Below, piece after piece: positions 58,808-64,000 of a DNA stretch of 64,000 nucleotides. How positions within the stretch are numbered: the stretch's first letter is position 1; each line of letters begins with the position of its first letter. This stretch comes from an uncultured Chloroflexia bacterium. GTDB taxonomy: Bacteria; Chloroflexota; Anaerolineae; Anaerolineales; UBA4823. The notes beneath the pieces are model-generated. The model did no database searches. It saw only the letters and a program-made list of their open reading frames with translations, and was not told the DNA's origin. The stretch is taken from positions 47,696 to 111,695 of the forward strand of contig CAVPJC010000024.1 of NCBI GenBank assembly GCA_963705155.1, given 5' to 3'. Made by a program: the position numbers and the translations under genes.

Positions 58808-60377
58808 ATGACCCAATATATTCTGGCAGTGCCCAATTTCAGCGATGGCCGGCACAAAGACGTGATCGAAGCTGTGGTCGATCAGGTGCGTAACGTGCCG
58901 GGCGTCAAGCTGCTCGATTATCACCCTGACCCGGATTTCAACCGCACCGTCGTTACAGTGATCGGCAGAGCCGCAGGAACTAAAGGAGCTCTTCTCAATA
59001 TGGCTGGTAAGTCGATTGAGCTGATCAACATGGAAGAGCAAAGCGGTTCACACCCACGCATCGGCGCGCAAGATACCATCCCCATCTTTCCGTTACGAAA
59101 TATCTCGCTGGGCGAGTGCATCGAGCTTGCCGAGGAGATCGGCAGCGAGGTCTACAAGCGCCTCGGTGTGCCGGTTTATTTCATCTGGCGAAAATGCCCG
59201 CAAGCCGGAGAGGCGCTCGTTGGATTTTATCCGCAAGGGCCAATACGAAGGCTTCAAGCTGGTTGCTCACACCGAAGACCGGCGACCCGACCTCGGCCCG
59301 GCCGCGCTGCATCCCAGCGCTGGGGCGGTCATCGTCAGCGCTGGAACCAATCCACTGGTGGCCTATCAACGTCATCCTTGACACCAACAACCTGCAGATA
59401 TCGCCAGGCAGCATCGCAAAAATCGTGCGTGGACCCAGCGGGGGTTTCACAACCGTGCGCTCGATTGGGCTTAAGTTTGAAGACCGCGACCAGGTTTGCG
59501 TCTCGATGAATATGTTCGATTATGAAAAGACACCGATCTACCGCACCTACGAGTTGTTCGTCTGGAGGCCAGGCGCTACGGTGTAGAAGTCGTGGGCAGC
59601 GAGATCGTGGGCGTGGTTTCGCTGGAAAGCCTGGTGAATTCTCTTGAATATTACATTGGGTTGGAACATTTTGACCGCAAGCAGATCCTGGAAACCCACT
59701 TGCTTGAACTGGAAGCCGGGGAAGGCGCTCCAACCGCCGGAATGGCCTTTTTGGAGCAACTCGCCAGCTCAAGCCCGGCACCCGGAGGAGGTTCGGCGGC
59801 TGCTCACACCGGTGCGGTGGCTGCGGCGCTGGTGGCTATGGTCGGGCGCCTGACCGCTGGACGTGAGAAATATGCCGATGTGGAAAATCGCATGCTGGAG
59901 ATCATCAGCCAGGCAGAGCGGCTGCGATCCTGGATGCAGGAAGCCGTACAGTTGGATGAAGACGCCTTCACGAGCATGATGGCGGCACGCAAGCTGCCCA
60001 AAAACACGCCTGACGAGCAGGCAGCCAGGACTGATGCGCTCCGGATGGCCAATGCCGAAGCGGCGGCTGTGCCTCTCAAGGTGGCGCAGCGCTCCCTGGA
60101 TGTGCTCGGGCTGGCGCTGGAAGTGGCGGAAAAGGGCAATGTCAATGCGATTACCGATGCGGCTTCCGCCGCCCTGATGTCACGCGCCGCGCTCAAGGGC
60201 GCCGGCTTGAATGTCAAGATCAACGCAGCCTCGGCTCAGGACCTGGCTGCCGGCGAGGCATGGAAGCGCCAGCTGGCTGAGTATGAGAACCAGGCGGAAG
60301 CGCTTTATCAGCAGGTGTGCGAGGTTGTAAAATCCCGGTCGGGCATCCAGGTTAAACCCACCGCCAGAGTTTGGTAG
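58808..60377 (+). pseudogene. ftcD: Bifunctional glutamate formimidoyltransferase-cyclodeaminase (FTCD-like), frame-interrupted in the transferase half
   Basis: The N-terminal part (ILAVPNFSDGRHKDVIEAVV...HPRIGAQDTIPIFPL) matches the formiminotransferase pattern and is spread over three frames up to about 59590. The C-terminal cyclodeaminase part (SSSPAPGGGSAAAHTGAVAAALVAMVGRLT) is intact. Confidence 0.7.
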
Positions 60378-60396
60378 ATAACCGTCAGACATAGAT

Positions 60397-60430
60397 CAGG
60401 CGGGCGCGCTTCCGGCGCCTGCCTGTTTTT
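60397..60430 (+). terminator. Intrinsic terminator
   Basis: CAGGCGGGCGC-GCTTCCG-GCGCCTGCCTG followed by TTTTT. Confidence 0.6.
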
Positions 60431-60461
60431 ATCTGGCGGCGGGTACATCTAGTATAATGTT

Positions 60462-61271
60462 TTGATGATGGCACAAAAATATCGTAAATTTGCTTTAGCA
60501 TTGGCGATTCTGCCCTTGCTTTGGCTGGTGATGAGCGGCGTAGTGATGCGTGTCGCAGCTTCACCGCTGTTGCAGCTCACCCCATTCCCCACCCCCACAC
60601 CCGGGCCGGATGGGCGCATTTTGTACAAAGTGCAGTCGGGCGATACCCTGCTGCGCATCTCGTTGATCTCGGGGATACCGCTTGAAGAGCTGCGGGGTCT
60701 GAACAACCTGACCGGGGATAACATCATCGTTGGCGATGTGCTCCTGCTGGGGCTGGGCGGGCCTTCGCAGATCACCCCCACACCGGGACCCAGCCCCACA
60801 CCCACGCTTGCGCCGCCCACTCCCACCGCGGCGGTTGGCGGCGGCATGTTGTGCGTGATTCTTTATAACGATGAGAACGGCAATTCGCTGCGCGAGGAAG
60901 AAGAACCGTCGATCCCTGGCGGCGCGATCAGCATCAACAACCGTTCCGGCACGGTCAATGAGACCCGGGATACTGCCAGCGGGAGCGATCCACAGTGTTT
61001 TGAAGAGCTGCCCGAAGGCGAATACACGATCAGTGTGGCGGTTCCTGAGGGCTACAATCCCACCACGATCACCAATTTTGTGCTGCAACTCAAAGCCGGG
61101 GATGAAAGCTACCTGGATTTTGGGGCCCAGGTGAACTCGTTGACTGCAGCCGAGTCGCTGCTGCCCACCGACAGTCGCGGCAGATCGCCGCTGCTCGGGA
61201 TTCTGGGCGGTCTGCTGCTTTTAAGCGGAGCAGGTCTGGCCGTATTTGCCAGGCGCCTGCTTAAGAAATGA
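60462..61271 (+). CDS. Secreted/anchored LysM-domain protein
   Basis: Signal/TM N-terminus, LysM (YKVQSGDTLLRISLISGIPLEELRGLNNLTGDNIIVGDVLLL), PT linker, a beta-sandwich-like region, and a C-terminal TM helix with basic tail (LLLLSGAGLAVFARRLLKK). Confidence 0.7.
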   Translation: MMMAQKYRKFALALAILPLLWLVMSGVVMRVAASPLLQLTPFPTPTPGPDGRILYKVQSGDTLLRISLISGIPLEELRGLNNLTGDNIIVGDVLLLGLGGPSQITPTPGPSPTPTLAPPTPTAAVGGGMLCVILYNDENGNSLREEEEPSIPGGAISINNRSGTVNETRDTASGSDPQCFEELPEGEYTISVAVPEGYNPTTITNFVLQLKAGDESYLDFGAQVNSLTAAESLLPTDSRGRSPLLGILGGLLLLSGAGLAVFARRLLKK

Positions 61272-61281
61272 CACCCGGCGC

Positions 61282-62368
61282 TCAATCTATGCCGGTGACT
61301 GCCCGGTAGACTATCTCCAGCTCTCCTGCAAAGTTTCCATCCTGCCAGCCGGCAGCGCGTTGATGCGCGGCCTGCCCGAGGGATTTCAGCCATCTGTGGT
61401 TCCACAATCAGCGTAATCAGGGCTGCGCCCAGGGCGCGCGGGTCGTCTGCCTTTGCCAGGTAGGCTGCCGGGCCAACCAGAGCGGCTGTCCACTGATCAT
61501 CCCCGCCCACCACAGGCCGGCCAAACGCCAGGGCCAGGCGCAGGAGGCTGCCCCAGGGTGCAGGCCGGGCCGGGTGGAAGAAGGCTGTGCAGCCTTGCAG
61601 CAGCCCGGCGAGCGCCTGTGGTGCAAGCTCTGGCAGGGGGCGGAGTGTGTCTTCCAGGCGGCGCAGGCTCGCCATCTCTGCCAGGTCCTGCCGGGCGCCG
61701 CGATCCAACCCTGAAACCAGCAGCGGGTAATCGTGCCCGACCGGACCTGCCGCCCAGCTCCAGGCATCCAGTAAACCGGCCAGGGCTTGAGTATCGCATC
61801 GGCCGTGATAAAGAAGATATGTTTCTGGAAGCTCAAATTCCAGGGTCTGCGCCCAATCCATGCCATCACCAGCCGGCAGTCCGGCAGGCTCCAACACGGG
61901 GGGCAGATTAAATACCGGTACCGGGTCCGCACCTTCCGGATCTAAATCGGCCGGCCACAGCAGCCCGCGCAAGCGTGCATAGCCGCCCGCGCCAAGCGCC
62001 TGGCGCAGGCGTCCGGCAAAGCCGGGAGTACGCGCTGCATCGCCGGAAGCGGTGGGGCTGAGCAGGGTGGGCAGGCTGGAAAAAGCGGCGCGAACGGGTG
62101 TGGTCAGGTGCAGCAGGTGTGCGCCTGTCTTACGGCACAACTCCGGCAGGGTGCGCTGCTCCCATTTCAAACGGCTGGCAGGTGTATCCGTCGCGGCGGC
62201 TGCCAGCGGCTCGGCTCTGTTTGGAAACCAGGCAGGCGGTCGGCCTGGCAAGGCCACCAGGGCTTCGATGCGTGGGGGAAGGCCGGTTAGAATCGTCAGC
62301 AGGTGCAGCGCAGCGGAGCTGCCCGGCTGATAAACCACAGGCCAACCATCATAAAGGACGCGCAGCAC
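61282..62368 (-). CDS. GT-B fold glycosyltransferase (family 4/1-like), one frame change near the 3' end
   Basis: Tracked ORF 61109-62368. After ...LIVEPQMAE the expected C-terminus ILGQAAHQRAAGWQDGNFAGELEIVYRAVTGID* appears in another frame if the G3 run at 61390-61392 (C3 on the coding strand) is one base shorter. This also removes the overlap with the LysM gene. Confidence 0.55.
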
Positions 62369-62373
62369 AGGCG

Positions 62374-62778
62374 CTACCCACCAATTTTGGCGGCTACGCG
62401 GCGCAGGAAGCGCTCTTCATCGACGACCACCCGCTGGTGCGTGCCGCCGCCGATCTGCTCCGCGCCATCCCAGGCTTCGATGCTGAAGTTGACCTTATTG
62501 CCATCCAGCGACTGCACCACAGCCCGGGCGCGCACCAGCGCGCCAACGGCGGTGGGAGCCAGGTGGCGCACATCCAGGTGCACCCCAACGCTTGAATAGC
62601 CCCGCGGCAGGTGCTGCGCCAGCAGCGAGCGCGCCGCTCTCTCCATATAGGTGATCATCCAGGGTGAGGCCAGCACCCGCAGCGAACCGCTGCCCACATG
62701 CATGGCTGTGTGTTCTTCTTCTACCCGGTAGGTCTCCTCGAGCGTCATGCCGGGTGAAATGATTTTTTCCAGTTCCAT
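62374..62778 (-). CDS. Hotdog-fold thioesterase (FlK-like family)
   Basis: 134 aa. ...TAMHVGSGSLRVLASPWMITYMERAA...HLAPTAVGALVRARAVV... Confidence 0.65.
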   Translation of the reverse strand: MELEKIISPGMTLEETYRVEEEHTAMHVGSGSLRVLASPWMITYMERAARSLLAQHLPRGYSSVGVHLDVRHLAPTAVGALVRARAVVQSLDGNKVNFSIEAWDGAEQIGGGTHQRVVVDEERFLRRVAAKIGG

Positions 62779-62865
62779 AATTCGATAGTTCCTTTACGGT
62801 TTATCTTCCAGGATGCCTGATATGCCAGCAGGCTGCATGTTCCGCAATCCGGTTACATCTGGTTT

Positions 62866-63891
62866 TCAGGCCGCATGCCACCAGTCTACACCTTCACGCA
62901 GGCCAAAAGCCTGCAACCTCTGGCGCACGATCGGGCGCGCCCCGCGTGCGCCGACTGCCGCAAGCAAGACCGGGTGCTCCCAGCGGCGCCACTGCGCGGG
63001 CAGGGCCTCCGGCGGCAAAACGGGCAGGCCGCGCCGGGTGCTGCCGACCTTGCGCGGGTCGACATCAAAAAAGGCGGCTAATCGAACGCGCTGGCGCAGC
63101 AAATGCTTGCTCAACTGCCGGGCTGCCGTACCCGCCCCCCAGATGAAGACCGCCTGGCAGCCTGCCAGCGGCCCGCGTCCCAGGTAATGCGCCTTGGCGC
63201 GAAAAAAGTTTTCTTGCGAATACCGTTCATCTCTGCGCGTCAGGCGCCCACCGCCCTCGCGCCACCATAACAGCACCTGCGCAATTTTAGCAAAGCGCCC
63301 GCCCGCCAGGTACAGGCGCAGCCACAGGTCGTAATCTTCAGCCCAGCCAAAATCCTGGTAACCGCCAACCTGCTGCACGAATTCTTTTCGGTAGAGTACG
63401 CTGGGATGGGCCAACGGGCTTTCTACAAATATCTCGCGGCGGATATCGACATCGCTGAGCAGGCTGTTCTGCCAGTCCAGGTAAACGCGCAGCCCTTCAC
63501 GCACCCGAGCAGGTGGAAATGCCGCCACCTGGCTGCCCACCAGGCAGAATTCGGGATGGTCTCGCAGGTAGGCGGCCTGTTTTTCCAGCCGCTGCGGGTG
63601 GGCGATGTCGTCGGCATCCATACGCGCCACCAGTCCGGCGCGGCAGGTCGCCAGTCCATGATTCAACGCGGTCACAATGCCCCGGTGAGGCTGGGCCAGC
63701 AGTTTCAGACGACCGTCATGAGCGGCATACTCCTGCAAGATGCGCTGCGTTTCATCGGTGGAGCCGTCATCCACGCACACCAGCTCGAAGTCTGGCAAAG
63801 TCTGGCAACTTATGCTTTCCAACGCTTCAGGCAATGTGGCTGAGGCGTTGTAACAGGGCATTAACACCGAAACAGCAGGTGTGGCTGGCAT
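62866..63891 (-). CDS. Glycosyltransferase family 2 with C-terminal Rossmann-like extension
   Basis: VSVLMPCYNASATLPEALESISCQTLPDFELVCVDDGSTDET and MDADD (GT-A). The C-terminal VFIWGAGTAARQLSKHL...FFDVDPRKVG resembles the N-terminal domain of NeuD/PglD-type proteins (inference). Confidence 0.7.
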   Translation of the reverse strand: MPATPAVSVLMPCYNASATLPEALESISCQTLPDFELVCVDDGSTDETQRILQEYAAHDGRLKLLAQPHRGIVTALNHGLATCRAGLVARMDADDIAHPQRLEKQAAYLRDHPEFCLVGSQVAAFPPARVREGLRVYLDWQNSLLSDVDIRREIFVESPLAHPSVLYRKEFVQQVGGYQDFGWAEDYDLWLRLYLAGGRFAKIAQVLLWWREGGGRLTRRDERYSQENFFRAKAHYLGRGPLAGCQAVFIWGAGTAARQLSKHLLRQRVRLAAFFDVDPRKVGSTRRGLPVLPPEALPAQWRRWEHPVLLAAVGARGARPIVRQRLQAFGLREGVDWWHAA

Positions 63892-64000
63892 ATAGGAGCG
63901 ATTGTACCTGAAAACTTACCCGCCAGATGGGGTATCATTGGAGAATTGCTACCGGGCAGTTTTCTGTTTGGCTCCGGGACAAATAGATTAATCAAGGAGG

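Noticed and set aside
1-64000. rRNA, tRNA, tmRNA, CRISPR arrays, reverse transcriptase/DGR or retron elements
   Set aside because: I scanned the intergenic gaps longer than 80 nt and found no cloverleaf-like or repeat-spacer structure, and no RT motifs in any frame that I could recognise. A covariance-model scan would be needed for certainty.

Overview
GC-rich bacterial chromosomal segment. Pro/Thr-rich linkers and the gene repertoire suggest a Chloroflexota (Anaerolineae-like) organism, but that is inference only.

Layout:
- 0.1-30 kb is mainly minus-strand core genes: a GT2 glycosyltransferase, sbcC/sbcD, two tandem C39-like/TPR paralogs, a PIN/AbrB toxin-antitoxin pair, a GNAT, ftsK, rnz (+ strand), an MBL hydrolase, a YbaK-type deacylase, a CocE/NonD hydrolase, serS, lysS, greA and a PIG-L deacetylase. 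A plus-strand peptide/nickel-type ABC operon sits at 19.3-25.0 kb.
- 30-43 kb is a polymorphic-toxin locus. An ~8 kb SpvB-N/RHS gene is followed by an AT-rich array of candidate immunity ORFs and four promoterless orphan toxin cassettes. Three of these share a Hint-domain ('WLVHN|C') handle.
- 43-64 kb holds three tandem M42 peptidases, a solute-binding lipoprotein, a LysM/M23 peptidase, two CcmC-like membrane paralogs and an MFS transporter. It also holds an Lrp-headed cluster (amidinotransferase-fold enzyme, Liv-type ABC transporter, formimidoyltransferase-cyclodeaminase), a LysM protein, glycosyltransferases and a hotdog thioesterase.

Main hunt results:
1. A thioredoxin-fold Prx-like2/SelU-type gene has an in-frame UGA exactly at the first Cys of its CxxC motif, with stable hairpins just 3' of it. 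This makes it a candidate selenoprotein, and the ORF track truncates it.
2. The orphan Hint-toxin cassette array has a handle that is absent from the neighbouring RHS gene.
3. An unannotated T-box leader with promoter and terminator lies upstream of serS.
4. Reading-frame breaks are very unevenly distributed. The two ABC operons, the RHS gene and several neighbours are heavily broken, while long core genes are intact. Every break I could resolve to the base lies in a homopolymer run, so assembly error must be excluded before calling these pseudogenes.
5. Several in-frame stop codons cannot be explained by indels.

I found no rRNA, tRNA, CRISPR array, transposase or integrase.
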